This document shows, one piece after another, positions 19,295-29,862 of a stretch of 64,000 nt of DNA (position 1 is its first letter; every line of letters starts with the position of its first letter). The stretch spans positions 32,001-96,000 of the forward strand of contig CAVPKK010000007.1 in assembly GCA_963705705.1 (NCBI GenBank), in the 5' to 3' direction. The notes under the pieces were generated by a model. It was not told the origin of the DNA and searched no databases. It worked only from the letters and a program-made list of their open reading frames with translations. The translations under genes and the position numbers were made by a program. Origin of the DNA: an uncultured bacterium. GTDB lineage: Bacteria > Babelota > Babeliae > Babelales > JABCYS01.

Positions 19295-20617
19295 ATGGAA
19301 AATACCAACTTCAAAACAGGTCTTAAATGGAGTTCCTTCGAGCAAGGAATCGTCCAAAGCCTTATACTTGGCCACCAGCTTCTCTTGGCGCGCGTGCTTC
19401 ATCTGCGTGACTTCGGCTATTGTAACGCCTTATTTTCCATCGTTTGGCTACTTAGCACCTGGCTCAACTTTGGATTTGATACATCGCTGTCGCCCTTATT
19501 TCATCGCGCAATCCAAAGTAAACAAACTTTTTGGCAAATCATAATTCGGCCGCTCATATTTCAGAGCTCTTTTATAGTTGCTATCCCGTTGCTGGTCGTA
19601 CCGTTGGCTATCAACCGATTGGGTTTTGAAACCGGAACTACTATTGCAATTTTACTCGCTTTTGCCGCCATGGTTGAAACAACGAAACGTATTTTGCGTT
19701 CCATTCTCCATTTTGCGGGTAAGTTTAAGCCATTGGCATTCTTAGAAATTGCTACAAATCTATTCTATGTTCTGATTGTTTGGGCCTATTATTATTGGCG
19801 CCAGGAGCTTTCGATGCCGATATTGATCGCTCCCTTTGTGGTAGTGACATTCGCCGAGGTAATTGGACTGTTGATTATTTTCAAACATTGGCACAAAACC
19901 TTGCCTTCAGAAGAGGGATCAAACCAGAAGCCGCCCATTCTTAAAACCCGGGCCACTGGCTACCTACACCAACTAGCCTCCCAATGTCTTTCAAGCAACT
20001 TGATCATCCCATTAGTTGCTAGTTATTTTGGGCTCAAACAAGCTGGTGCACTTTCATTGGCCTCTAATATTTCCTATTACATCACCACTTGTGTAAAAAG
20101 GACATTCGGCATGACTACAGGAACTGTGCTCGCACACGCTAAACCGCATGACCGTGCGACAAAACATGCATTAATCACCACGGCAACATCAGGACTATAT
20201 TTGCTGCTTTCCATAGTTGGCTGCGTTTGTATTTTAGTATTCCCATTCATTCTCAGTTATTTCTCTCAAACTACCGAGACAGTTGATCTGTTGCCCATTT
20301 ATCTCTTTTTATTCGTAGTGATCAGCGAGCAGTTTTTAATACCGTTCGAAAAAATCTTATTGACCGAAGAACATCCGCTCACCTTCATTTTCTTCCACTG
20401 TAGCTACCTGGCATTACTCTTTGGCGTATTAACCTATGCACCTAACCGCGTATTGCTCATCCTTGCAACGGTGGCAGTCAGATTAATCACTGCCGGCGCA
20501 CTTGTATTGATGTGTTACCGCAAGCTTGGGTTATATCCAAAGTTACCAGCTCATACGGCTGCATCATTAGCTACATTCATTGCAGTTGCACTTTCACAGC
20601 TTTTAAACGCTGCATAA
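19295..20617 (+). CDS. Wzx/MOP-superfamily flippase-like membrane protein
   Basis: About 12 TM; GLKWSSFEQ...LARVL...DFG...NFGFD pattern typical of polysaccharide flippases. Confidence 0.7.
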   Translation: MENTNFKTGLKWSSFEQGIVQSLILGHQLLLARVLHLRDFGYCNALFSIVWLLSTWLNFGFDTSLSPLFHRAIQSKQTFWQIIIRPLIFQSSFIVAIPLLVVPLAINRLGFETGTTIAILLAFAAMVETTKRILRSILHFAGKFKPLAFLEIATNLFYVLIVWAYYYWRQELSMPILIAPFVVVTFAEVIGLLIIFKHWHKTLPSEEGSNQKPPILKTRATGYLHQLASQCLSSNLIIPLVASYFGLKQAGALSLASNISYYITTCVKRTFGMTTGTVLAHAKPHDRATKHALITTATSGLYLLLSIVGCVCILVFPFILSYFSQTTETVDLLPIYLFLFVVISEQFLIPFEKILLTEEHPLTFIFFHCSYLALLFGVLTYAPNRVLLILATVAVRLITAGALVLMCYRKLGLYPKLPAHTAASLATFIAVALSQLLNAA

Positions 20618-20806
20618 GCTTACTTTCCCAACCCGGCCATAATTATGGCGTAAACATCCTGATTCAACGCAGTAGCAAGACCATCATGATGCATTGGCAT
20701 ATGCAACTCTTACAAACTATTGCAAATATGCGTACATAACCATTAAAATGGTCAACACAATGAATTTTGGAAATATAATAAAACAACAACAATGTAAGGA
20801 TCAAGA

Positions 20807-21346
20807 ATGAAGAATAAATTTTTAGTGCTTATACTTACGGCGCTACCGGTGATCAGCTATGCAACATCAGAAGGCGCTGGTTTAGTAAACGAGGCGTTCA
20901 TATTAGCCAATAAAACCAAGGCGCTTTTGTATTATAAATATAAAGCTAATCTCACAGGCAAGATTGGTGGTATCACCATGAAAGACAATACAACATCGGG
21001 CAGCGGTAAAATAGACAGCGGTAAGATGGCCAAAATGACCCCAATGATATCCATGGGTGGCAATATGAAAGATGTTTGGGGAAATGAAATTGATTTAAGC
21101 CTGTCAATTGAGCCCGCAGCAAGATGGTTTGCAGCTAAAGTAAGTCCAGCGGGTTATATTGTTATGCAGGACGAGCACAATGAACAGCTCCTGCGCTTAA
21201 AAAAATTGATTAAAACTGCAGAGGGTCAATACAGCATCCCAACGGGAGAAGAAGGTAATATTCCGCTTACTGAATTAACGGCCGCTCAGGAAAAAGAATT
21301 GGCTGCCGCACAGAGGCCAAAAGGTCTGAGCTCGTTGGAACTATAG
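20807..21346 (+). CDS. Hypothetical secreted protein
   Basis: Signal peptide (SYA-T), aagga RBS and an upstream promoter. Confidence 0.7.
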   Translation: MKNKFLVLILTALPVISYATSEGAGLVNEAFILANKTKALLYYKYKANLTGKIGGITMKDNTTSGSGKIDSGKMAKMTPMISMGGNMKDVWGNEIDLSLSIEPAARWFAAKVSPAGYIVMQDEHNEQLLRLKKLIKTAEGQYSIPTGEEGNIPLTELTAAQEKELAAAQRPKGLSSLEL

Positions 21347-21347
21347 A

Positions 21348-23393
21348 TCATTTAGCAATATCAGATATCAATTTTGTTTTTTTAGACTCTTGAACAGTTT
21401 CGGACTTAACTGAAATGATGTTGGCTTTTTCCTTCTGCTCACGTTCCTCATAAATCTTCCGCAATTGTCCGCTGACCTGTTTTAATGAGTGGACTTCTCC
21501 CTCAGCTTCGGAAGCCATTTCATAGTAAAATTCAAATAGCCCATCATATTTCTGGTATTCAGGAGAACCTTTGACAATCTCAACTGCCGGGCCCGAAAAG
21601 TCAGCGGGCAGGCTATAGGACTTATGCTGGACCGTATAGAAAATGTACTCTCCATCGAGGATAATGTTATAAACAGTCATGAATTTACCATGGCCTGGAT
21701 TTGATGGTGCTACATACAAAACATCAATCAAAAATATTTTTGTTACTGGTTCAGATATACGGAAGTGTTTCAACACATCTACCAGCCCATTTTGACTGGC
21801 ATCAATTTTTGAAAAATGATGAATCGCCACTCCAGGAAGCATGGATATAATTTGTGGTAGCTGGACCGGTAGTGTGCTCATATCAATTTTGAACGGAATA
21901 TTATTTGTATACAACAGTAAGGCAATAGGCCCAGTTTTGCTTTTGGCCGAACGTTGCTGTTGGAAGAATGACATGACATTCAGCGGCTTATCAACCGGTC
22001 GAGTTGCCGCCATGATTTTGCCGATCGAAATGATACTATTCTGCGCATTAATCAATGAAAACCAAGGAAGACCAGGCAATCTTACTTGCGCAGCTTGCAA
22101 CTCCTTAACTGTTCTTGATTCAATATCAATACCAAGGGCAACTGCGAGTTGTTTAAAGTTCAATGGCACTGCAGATGCATCATTGAAAAACTGATCAAAC
22201 GCATTTTTTTGCGTAAGTTGCAATTCCCCCTCTTTCCAGTCAATATCGTCACGCGTTAGCAAAGGATTTGTAAATGAACTTCTCCCATGATAGAAATAAT
22301 TGTATGTTATGCACCATCTTGCTACCGCTTCATCGCTGATCGCATAAGTCAGTATTGGATAAGAATATGTACGTTGTTCTCCAGCGCTTTTGTCATTGGT
22401 ATATATTATTTCTTGATTAAGACCTGCCGAATAACATGAAATATAAGCAAATAGTTTGATTAATAATTTATCTTCAAAAAAATCCAAAATTTGATGGAAT
22501 TGATCAACTGGTATGGATGCCACATCTTTGGTCTCAGTCCCATGCCCTATCATATAAATCGTCCATTCGGGAATTTGATCACTCCGCTTTTCTTTAGCAT
22601 AGGCAGACCTGCCCATGAATAATTTCGGCAATAAATCAATAAAATAATCTTCGCGAGGCGCATGAGCCCAATTCTTATCAACAAAGTCAATAAGGTGAGT
22701 CATAGAATCAGCAGAGACACGCTTCATCTCGTCGAGGAATAAACCATAGGCAAAAGTTTGTGGCGGTCCAATCTCACTTATATAGGAATTCGGAATTAAA
22801 AGATAAAAGGAATTTGTATTATCTACACGATAGATCAACCATTCGCTTGGCTGAAATCTTATATCGGCTATTAATGAAGGATACAATTTCTCCGAATATA
22901 TATCTAAAAAAGGCCCTGATAAGAATTTTTGCAATTGCAGTGCAAATCCTTTCTTTTCAATAACTGCATTAAGTTCGCTCAGAACTTTTGGACGATCGCT
23001 CTCAGGTGTATTGCGCAAAAGATGTAACTGATTATGCACTAATTGTTGAATTGCCAAGCAGGGATTTTCTTGAATTTTTTTTGGATCTTTAAGCTGCTCA
23101 TCAATCTCTGCACAAAATTTTAAATAGTTGTGCAGCACATTCGCCGAAGTAAGAATAGGGGCTACTTTATTATTAAGGGCCTCAAAAAATTCTATACCTA
23201 TCGCTTCAGCCGAACTTTTCTCTACGTCATCCAAAAAGATAAACAGCTTTCTCAGCGGACGCGGTTTATTTTCGGATATTAACTCCATTTGAGAAAATTG
23301 TTGTGCTCGTGGGCTTGACGGTGCTCCGCTTGTTGCAAGCAAACTTACAGACTCAATCGCAATTAGGAGAAATAAATTTTTTAATGCATGCAT
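21348..23393 (-). CDS. Hypothetical secreted protein with a possible His-Cys peptidase dyad
   Basis: 681-aa ORF with signal-like N-terminus; IYMIGHG...AYISCYSAG. Confidence 0.7.
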   Translation of the reverse strand: MHALKNLFLLIAIESVSLLATSGAPSSPRAQQFSQMELISENKPRPLRKLFIFLDDVEKSSAEAIGIEFFEALNNKVAPILTSANVLHNYLKFCAEIDEQLKDPKKIQENPCLAIQQLVHNQLHLLRNTPESDRPKVLSELNAVIEKKGFALQLQKFLSGPFLDIYSEKLYPSLIADIRFQPSEWLIYRVDNTNSFYLLIPNSYISEIGPPQTFAYGLFLDEMKRVSADSMTHLIDFVDKNWAHAPREDYFIDLLPKLFMGRSAYAKEKRSDQIPEWTIYMIGHGTETKDVASIPVDQFHQILDFFEDKLLIKLFAYISCYSAGLNQEIIYTNDKSAGEQRTYSYPILTYAISDEAVARWCITYNYFYHGRSSFTNPLLTRDDIDWKEGELQLTQKNAFDQFFNDASAVPLNFKQLAVALGIDIESRTVKELQAAQVRLPGLPWFSLINAQNSIISIGKIMAATRPVDKPLNVMSFFQQQRSAKSKTGPIALLLYTNNIPFKIDMSTLPVQLPQIISMLPGVAIHHFSKIDASQNGLVDVLKHFRISEPVTKIFLIDVLYVAPSNPGHGKFMTVYNIILDGEYIFYTVQHKSYSLPADFSGPAVEIVKGSPEYQKYDGLFEFYYEMASEAEGEVHSLKQVSGQLRKIYEEREQKEKANIISVKSETVQESKKTKLISDIAK

Positions 23394-23408
23394 TTTATAC
23401 TTCAGTTT

Positions 23409-23759
23409 TTAAATCAGTTTATCCATCAGTTGGCGCAGATGCTCGCGTATCGTATCATTCATCTTGCTCTTACTTAACTCTCTGGCATTTTGCGCCTGTT
23501 CATACAGGTTGAGGCCAATGGGATTTGATGCGGTTAAATCGAAGCCACGTTTTTGCATTTTGTTTACGCGCGTTAATGCTTGCTGCAAATCAGCGTCTGC
23601 TTGATCCAGATTATTTGCTTGCATATCATCAGCGTATTGCTGAAGTAGATTTGCAACTGTCTCGTGATTCTGCGTCCAAACATCTCGCTGGGCACACGTA
23701 GGCAATACTGCGAAAAGAGTTGAAACTAAAATAATTGAAAACATATGTGCGTACTTCAT
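23409..23759 (-). CDS. Hypothetical small secreted helical protein
   Basis: Signal peptide and aggag RBS. Confidence 0.7.
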   Translation of the reverse strand: MKYAHMFSIILVSTLFAVLPTCAQRDVWTQNHETVANLLQQYADDMQANNLDQADADLQQALTRVNKMQKRGFDLTASNPIGLNLYEQAQNARELSKSKMNDTIREHLRQLMDKLI

Positions 23760-24031
23760 TAGATCTCCTTAATTAACTTTTTCACGTGGTAGCATTGGCT
23801 TTGTTATTCAATATTCAAAAATTTCAGCAACTATTACTGCATAGTTGGTCAACGCCACACAAATACTAAAAAACGATATCACGATAAAATTTTGGGGGGC
23901 TGCGGAAAAAAATGTGCTTCATATATGCCCACCGCGCCTCGTTTTAAATACGGTCAATATGGTTGCAAGCAAATTTGGCCAAGTCGATGTTAAACATCAA
24001 ATTCTTTAAATGGAAGAAAATAGGCAACTTT

Positions 24032-24844
24032 TTACTTTTGACCTTCAGCCTCATCCTTAAGCTGTTGTTGCAGATACATAGCGATTTGATCATGTCTTCG
24101 CTTGTGAAAGAATGCAACAGTTTTTATTTCTTGCCCATCTGGCATCTTATCATTCGGCTTGATCTTGCTTGGAACAACTGCTTTGACCATGAATAATGCA
24201 CCATTATCCAACCCATCACGCAGCTCATGCCAATCGTCGCCGGTCGGTGTTGCTGGCCTAGCTGGTGCCATCGCTGGCGCATAAAGATATCCATGTAATT
24301 TGGCCATATTTTCACCAAAGGCTTCCTGCTTGCCAACAATTTCTTCAACAAGATTTAATTGTTGACGCAGTGTTTGCTTTGTTGAAGGAGATTTAGCCTG
24401 CATATTCTCAGCGGCATTTACTATGGTTTCTACTTGCTTAAGAGCTTGTCCAAGATCTTTTTTAGCCTTAGGTTCATTGCCGTCGACAACGCTTTTCACA
24501 AAATCTTCCAATGCACGGGATGCTGCTGCATGGGCAGAGGTCCAGCCTCGCGTTCCTTCTTCTTTTTCTTTCTGCCTGGTACCTTCCTCTTTGATCTGCG
24601 TCTGTATATATGTTGCTACTTCATCAAACCTTTTCTTGGCATTGTTTGCTATACCAATTGGCGTTAAACCATGTTCATTTTGTTGATTAGGTTTAATTTT
24701 ACTTGGTACAATATCCTTAACCGTATCCAAATTACCACGAACAATTGCGACAGATAATTCTTCCCATGGGAGTGCTTGCGTAGATGTGCCATACATATTG
24801 CACATAATGCCTACTGTTAAAGCCGTAACAATATATATATTCAT
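24032..24844 (-). CDS. Secreted protein with two ankyrin-like IVPSKI modules
   Basis: AIVRGNLDTVKDIVPSKI...GLTPIGIA; paralogous to the adjacent 24841 gene. Confidence 0.75.
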   Translation of the reverse strand: MNIYIVTALTVGIMCNMYGTSTQALPWEELSVAIVRGNLDTVKDIVPSKIKPNQQNEHGLTPIGIANNAKKRFDEVATYIQTQIKEEGTRQKEKEEGTRGWTSAHAAASRALEDFVKSVVDGNEPKAKKDLGQALKQVETIVNAAENMQAKSPSTKQTLRQQLNLVEEIVGKQEAFGENMAKLHGYLYAPAMAPARPATPTGDDWHELRDGLDNGALFMVKAVVPSKIKPNDKMPDGQEIKTVAFFHKRRHDQIAMYLQQQLKDEAEGQK

Positions 24845-26172
24845 GATTTCCCTTTTTTTTCACTTTTCAATTGTTCTACTTCTTTCAGTGTGGCAGTCAT
24901 ACTTCCCTCAACTGCCAAATCTGTTAATTCATGCCACAGTTCGCGATAGATCTCACTTTTGGGATCTAACTCTTTTTCAATCACAGAAAATACCCGCCCG
25001 CCTGTAGTTGGAAAGTACATTTCCTTCATACATTCTTTCCCGCAGGTGCGTAGTACATTAAGCATTCCTACAAAATGATCGTCAGTTCCTTTTTTATTCT
25101 TTTCTATCTCTGCAAGTTGATCTGCCCGTTTTTTAGCGGTCATAGTTTGATTATTGTTAAGCTTCTCAACAACTTGCCGATAATACGTCTGCTGTTTAAC
25201 AGCACCCTCAGCAAGAAGATACAATAAATTATTCCCGCTCTCATCATGGATTTTTGCAAGTTGCACACCAGAATTGATAGCTCGCTGAACTACCTTCGCC
25301 CGGCCTTCTTTTACTGCTTTCACCAGTTCATTTTGGATTGCTGCAGCTTTCATTTCTTCGGTTTGCGGAATTGCTTCTGGTACCGATGCTGGTATTGCTT
25401 GAACCGGTTGATATACCGGCAATGACTGCAAATAGTTTACAATATCATCATGTTTCCGCTTAAGATCTTGTGATTCTGAAGCAACCGTTCGATTATTTAA
25501 TTGTGCATTAGCCTTAATTTTGCTTGGCACGATTTTTTTTACACCCTCAAGAAAACCGCTATCAACTGAATCCTTGAGCGATTGGATATCTTCTTTCGTG
25601 GGTTCCGGAACAAACAATAAGTCATCAAGCATTTTCATATCTGGAGCTAGACCGGCAGGTATTTTGGACAACACAGAATTTATAAGTTCCAAGCTATTAT
25701 GGGCCTGCTGTGCAAGCGTAAATCCTTCAGGGTTTTTTGCCTGCGGGTTGCGTATAGTCTGAATCTTTTTTATAGCAGATTGCAGGAACGATTGTGCTTC
25801 TGTAATATTTCCGGCCAAGGCGCTATTTGTAACATTTTGCAATAATCGCGAAACAGCCACGTGATCAGGTGTCCATTCACTCGGTTTGGATTGTTCAGCT
25901 TTAAGCTCTAATTGCAGATAGGCTGCAACTTCATCAAATAATTTTTTTGCATTCTGGGCTATTTCAAGCGCTGTTTTTCCCGCAGGATTTTTCGCATCAA
26001 CCGCAATCTTACTTGGCACAATAGATCGTACGGTCGCAAGATCGCCCCGCACAATCGCCTGCGCTAATGGACCCCAGTTCGCATTTTCGGAACTTGCACT
26101 GGTACCGCATATATTGGAAAATACGATAAAAGAAGTCGCAACCAATAAGTGTCGTCTTGAAACCATCATCAT
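24841..26172 (-). CDS. Secreted ankyrin-like modular protein
   Basis: AIVRGDLATVRSIVPSKI...GKTALEIA, a second module, then KIHDESGNNLLY; start placed at the Met run after the agggga RBS. Confidence 0.75.
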   Translation of the reverse strand: MMMVSRRHLLVATSFIVFSNICGTSASSENANWGPLAQAIVRGDLATVRSIVPSKIAVDAKNPAGKTALEIAQNAKKLFDEVAAYLQLELKAEQSKPSEWTPDHVAVSRLLQNVTNSALAGNITEAQSFLQSAIKKIQTIRNPQAKNPEGFTLAQQAHNSLELINSVLSKIPAGLAPDMKMLDDLLFVPEPTKEDIQSLKDSVDSGFLEGVKKIVPSKIKANAQLNNRTVASESQDLKRKHDDIVNYLQSLPVYQPVQAIPASVPEAIPQTEEMKAAAIQNELVKAVKEGRAKVVQRAINSGVQLAKIHDESGNNLLYLLAEGAVKQQTYYRQVVEKLNNNQTMTAKKRADQLAEIEKNKKGTDDHFVGMLNVLRTCGKECMKEMYFPTTGGRVFSVIEKELDPKSEIYRELWHELTDLAVEGSMTATLKEVEQLKSEKKGKS

Positions 26173-26230
26173 TTCCCCTTGCATTAGCATGTCAGGCCCC
26201 ATCCTTACTCTCCCCAATCCCACCGCTTTT

Positions 26231-27331
26231 TTAAGCAAATTTAATATCCATTATTATAGGCATGTGATCACTCGCAGCACTGTAATAGAGATAAACGCCA
26301 TTGATTGGCAGATCCCAATCCGGCTGCAGTTTGCCTTTATTTGGATAACATGTTTTTAAGAAAATAAAGTCTAAGCTTCGGCCAGTCCAATGAGTAAAAT
26401 ATGGTTCAGGCATATGCGCTGCAGAAAAACAATCTTGGAAACATCCGCCATCTTGTTGAGACTCTAATATTTTTAACGCGCGGCCGTTGCGCGACTCATT
26501 GAAGTCGGCTGCAATAATTACATTCTTACCTCTATCGTAATTATTGGTTGCTTTCTTCAGTTCCTGAATTTCTGCAATCCTGCGATCTGGATCACTGACT
26601 TCTAAATGGGTGCCATAGATTACAAGGTTGCGATGACCATATTTTGATAGATCAATTTCAACTTTAGCAAATGATCTAATATCACGAGGCCCGCCAGTTC
26701 TGTTATTAAAATTGTGCAAATAAGGCGAATCCTTAAATGGAACTTTTGATAAGATCGCAACCCCGTATGGTTTATCTTTTGGTGCTTTTGCAAGAACATG
26801 ATATTTGTAGCCGATGTGCTCAAACCATTGATATATCGGATATTTTCCAAATTTGAATGATTCATTAAATTCCTGCAAAACTACAATATCCGGAGCTATT
26901 GTCTTAATGACATTTAAAATATTCTTAAAATCTTGCTCAGTTGGGCGAGATCTAAATTCCTTGGTCGGTGGCATAAAGCCATGAACATTGTACGTCATAA
27001 CGCGTAATATTTTTTTGCTATCATGGATCGGAATCGCATTTAACTTTGGATGTTCTTTTTCCAAGGATGCAATTTGCCGTATAAAATCTCTCTTGAACTC
27101 CGCTTTATTAGCAATCCCATTCTTTGACTTATCCCACAGCTCTACTGGCTTGAGCATGAGATTTGTGCATGGAGCAAATTTTTTTGCTTGTCCAACATCA
27201 TCGGATTCTTTAGCGCTTAGCACTTTATCTCGCTCTGCAACTTTGGCAGGCGCAGAAGTTGCGCAGAGGTTAGCATTAAAAAAGAACAAAATAAGTAAAA
27301 CGAATTTACTTGATACCGCAGCACAAAACAT
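26231..27331 (-). CDS. Endonuclease/exonuclease/phosphatase (EEP) family protein, secreted
   Basis: RVMTYNV, DIVVLQE, GVAILSK, GTHL, AADFN, LDFIF and SDHMP motifs; start placed at MFCAA. Confidence 0.9.
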   Translation of the reverse strand: MFCAAVSSKFVLLILFFFNANLCATSAPAKVAERDKVLSAKESDDVGQAKKFAPCTNLMLKPVELWDKSKNGIANKAEFKRDFIRQIASLEKEHPKLNAIPIHDSKKILRVMTYNVHGFMPPTKEFRSRPTEQDFKNILNVIKTIAPDIVVLQEFNESFKFGKYPIYQWFEHIGYKYHVLAKAPKDKPYGVAILSKVPFKDSPYLHNFNNRTGGPRDIRSFAKVEIDLSKYGHRNLVIYGTHLEVSDPDRRIAEIQELKKATNNYDRGKNVIIAADFNESRNGRALKILESQQDGGCFQDCFSAAHMPEPYFTHWTGRSLDFIFLKTCYPNKGKLQPDWDLPINGVYLYYSAASDHMPIIMDIKFA

Positions 27332-27429
27332 AGTTTCCTTTGCATCCAATATGCGAATATCACTACTGTATAATGGTCTAACCCGACATTGCAACAATTT
27401 TGTATTAAAATTCGAAAAAATGCGCATCC

Positions 27430-28563
27430 TTACTCTTGTTCTTCAAACAGTGCCGGCCAATGAGCAAACTGTTCTGGGATGGATTCAATGCATCGCCGCG
27501 AGTAATTAATACATTTCCTTAACTCTTTATAAATAGATTTGCGTTCCTTTTCTGGATAGGTACTTGCAAATCCATCAAAAAAATTAGAAACGGTAATATC
27601 GGTCCAAGCTGCTCGCACAGGTATAGGGAGTGCTTGGAGCCAACCCAATAAAAGCACCGTTATATCAGTATGACAGTCTTTTGGATTTACAACGCTCCTT
27701 GCCATACTTGCATTATCAATAAGAAACACTTGCCTTTGATCAATGGCATAAAATATATTTCCCGGATGAAGATCACCATGAGTTATGCTCTTGGGTAACG
27801 AGCCAGATTTTACACGCTTGCTGTAGCGCTTATAAAAATTGGCCATCGCGCGACCCAAATCAAAATAGCATTGCTTGATTGCATTACGAATTTTTTGGTC
27901 ACCCGTATTACGAGCAAACTGCTTAACGTAGCTTAAGATCGATTTGCCCGGAGCCTTGTGCATAAGCGAAAGTCTATGTTTTACACCGGCAAATTCATAT
28001 GATACATAGGCGAAAGGCAAAATGAGTTGAGGCTGGCCCGCCATATAATTGGGATACACAATAGGCAAGAGCGAATTGAAGGTACTAACCAGTTTCAATT
28101 TACCTATTTCCTCATTCTGTTTTAGACCTTTTAAAACAAAAGATTGTGGGGCAGTTTTACGACATTGATCAGGTGAGATATTGCATAACGATTGCATTTC
28201 ACATATAGATTCAATAATAAAAAGCTGATCCGTAAATGCCCCTTTTTCGGCCATTATACTCTTAACTCGCAAACACTCGGCATCACTAAATGCTGGCAAT
28301 TCATCTTTTGCCAGGGACGATACCAAAAAATATTTAACCGATTCCTCAGTTAAATAACCAAATTTATCTACAACAAATTTAGTGGGGAATCTATTTATTG
28401 AACGAAATAGTGTACCATCCGCAACAGTTGTAAATTCAACTTCTGTGGTTTCATTCTCGATCGCGATATTGGCGAAAGCGGCGCATGGCTGTATAACAAT
28501 TAAAGAAGTGACCAGAAGGAGAGTTCGGTAAATTAGGGCAAAACTCATACGCAGAAATAACAC
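27430..28563 (-). CDS. Secreted APH/choline-kinase-like phosphotransferase
   Basis: Signal peptide; VLKG lysine, HGDLHPGNI catalytic loop and LIDNA (DFG-equivalent). Confidence 0.8.
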   Translation of the reverse strand: MLFLRMSFALIYRTLLLVTSLIVIQPCAAFANIAIENETTEVEFTTVADGTLFRSINRFPTKFVVDKFGYLTEESVKYFLVSSLAKDELPAFSDAECLRVKSIMAEKGAFTDQLFIIESICEMQSLCNISPDQCRKTAPQSFVLKGLKQNEEIGKLKLVSTFNSLLPIVYPNYMAGQPQLILPFAYVSYEFAGVKHRLSLMHKAPGKSILSYVKQFARNTGDQKIRNAIKQCYFDLGRAMANFYKRYSKRVKSGSLPKSITHGDLHPGNIFYAIDQRQVFLIDNASMARSVVNPKDCHTDITVLLLGWLQALPIPVRAAWTDITVSNFFDGFASTYPEKERKSIYKELRKCINYSRRCIESIPEQFAHWPALFEEQE

Positions 28564-28819
28564 GGCAACTCCTGTGAATTAATAATTACGCATTAATCAT
28601 AAGATCAGTGATTCAAGGAAAACAATAATTCAGTAGCAAAGCGGGCGATAATCGTTGTACCAAGCTATTTTTGTCTTCAAACGCTTAAAACAATATATTT
28701 TTTTAGGTTTCAGAAAAAACCTATTCCATAGATGGCCCAAGGCGCCACGATTTTGCAATGGTCAATACACTAACAAGCAAAACTCATGGCGAGCATATTT
28801 GACATCAATTCTTTGATTT

Positions 28820-29452
28820 TTATTTTTTTGGCACTTTTCGAGAAAGAAATGGATTGCCCAAGACTATAAATCGCCACAATTTTTCCTGCTGACGTGAAAT
28901 CCCGATCCTTGGCGTTGCAATAATTTTCTCCGGGACATATCCATCATCGGCGAGATATAGTGCGCCTTTTTTTGTAAGATCGATGCCATACAATTTTTTA
29001 TCGATTGCGAATGCCTTAGCCAATTTACCTGGCCCAGATGTTAATGCATGTAACGTTTTGGTTCCGCGAAGTTTTTCCATCATTGGGATTCCGTTGATTG
29101 GTTCGAGTGCGCGGATGAGCACTCCACCTGCTCTATTATTTCCGACATGTGAAACTACATTCAATGCATAGTGCATGCCGTACGTGAAGTACACATATGC
29201 ATGTCCCGGTTCGCCGAACAATGCTTCATTACTTTTTGTTTTTCCGCGATAGGCATGACTGGCTTGATCATTGGGATAGCTATACGCTTCGGTTTCAACT
29301 ATGCGCCCGATTAATGTTTCGTCATGAAAAATCCGAATCAATAATTTGCCCAAAAGCTGCTTTGCAACAACCTCTGGGCGATTTGTATAGAATTCACGTT
29401 TGAGTATTTTGGTCACTACAACGTGCATGATCCAACCGGGCCACAGCTCCAC
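28820..29452 (-). CDS. mpg: DNA-3-methyladenine glycosylase (MPG/AAG family)
   Basis: GRIVETEAY, YVYFTYGMHY.LN, VLIRALEP, GPGKL and PRIGIS motifs; the true start may be GTG at 29416. Confidence 0.93.
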   Translation of the reverse strand: MELWPGWIMHVVVTKILKREFYTNRPEVVAKQLLGKLLIRIFHDETLIGRIVETEAYSYPNDQASHAYRGKTKSNEALFGEPGHAYVYFTYGMHYALNVVSHVGNNRAGGVLIRALEPINGIPMMEKLRGTKTLHALTSGPGKLAKAFAIDKKLYGIDLTKKGALYLADDGYVPEKIIATPRIGISRQQEKLWRFIVLGNPFLSRKVPKK

Positions 29453-29631
29453 AAGCTCAGCAACACTACAATCCCAGAAGCGGCGACAATACCTCGCACA
29501 ATCTTGCCGACAGTAGCATTATGGTATGGTCCGCACTGATCGATACCGAATAACATTGCTCCAGCGTGCAATGCATATAATGAAACAATTATCTGTGACA
29601 CCGTGATTACGGCACTTGAAAGTACGATCAT
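29416..29631 (-). CDS. Small two-TM membrane protein
   Basis: aaggag RBS before MIVLSS; two hydrophobic helices. Confidence 0.6.
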   Translation of the reverse strand: MIVLSSAVITVSQIIVSLYALHAGAMLFGIDQCGPYHNATVGKIVRGIVAASGIVVLLSLWSCGPVGSCTL

Positions 29632-29862
29632 TAAATTCTCCTTAATAAGTGGAATTAGTAACAGTACTCTTATACTATGCCCTCTAGCCCATGGCAAGCG
29701 AAGCCCTAGATTATGTATCGCTCCAGCCTTATTATGTGTCAAAAGATTTACGCAAATTCCCGAAAAACCCTGTATCGAGCAGCATAAACCTTTCTTTTTG
29801 ACTCCCGCTTTTGCTACCCTTGGTATTATCTCAACAAAGGAATCAACATAAAAGGATATCGT

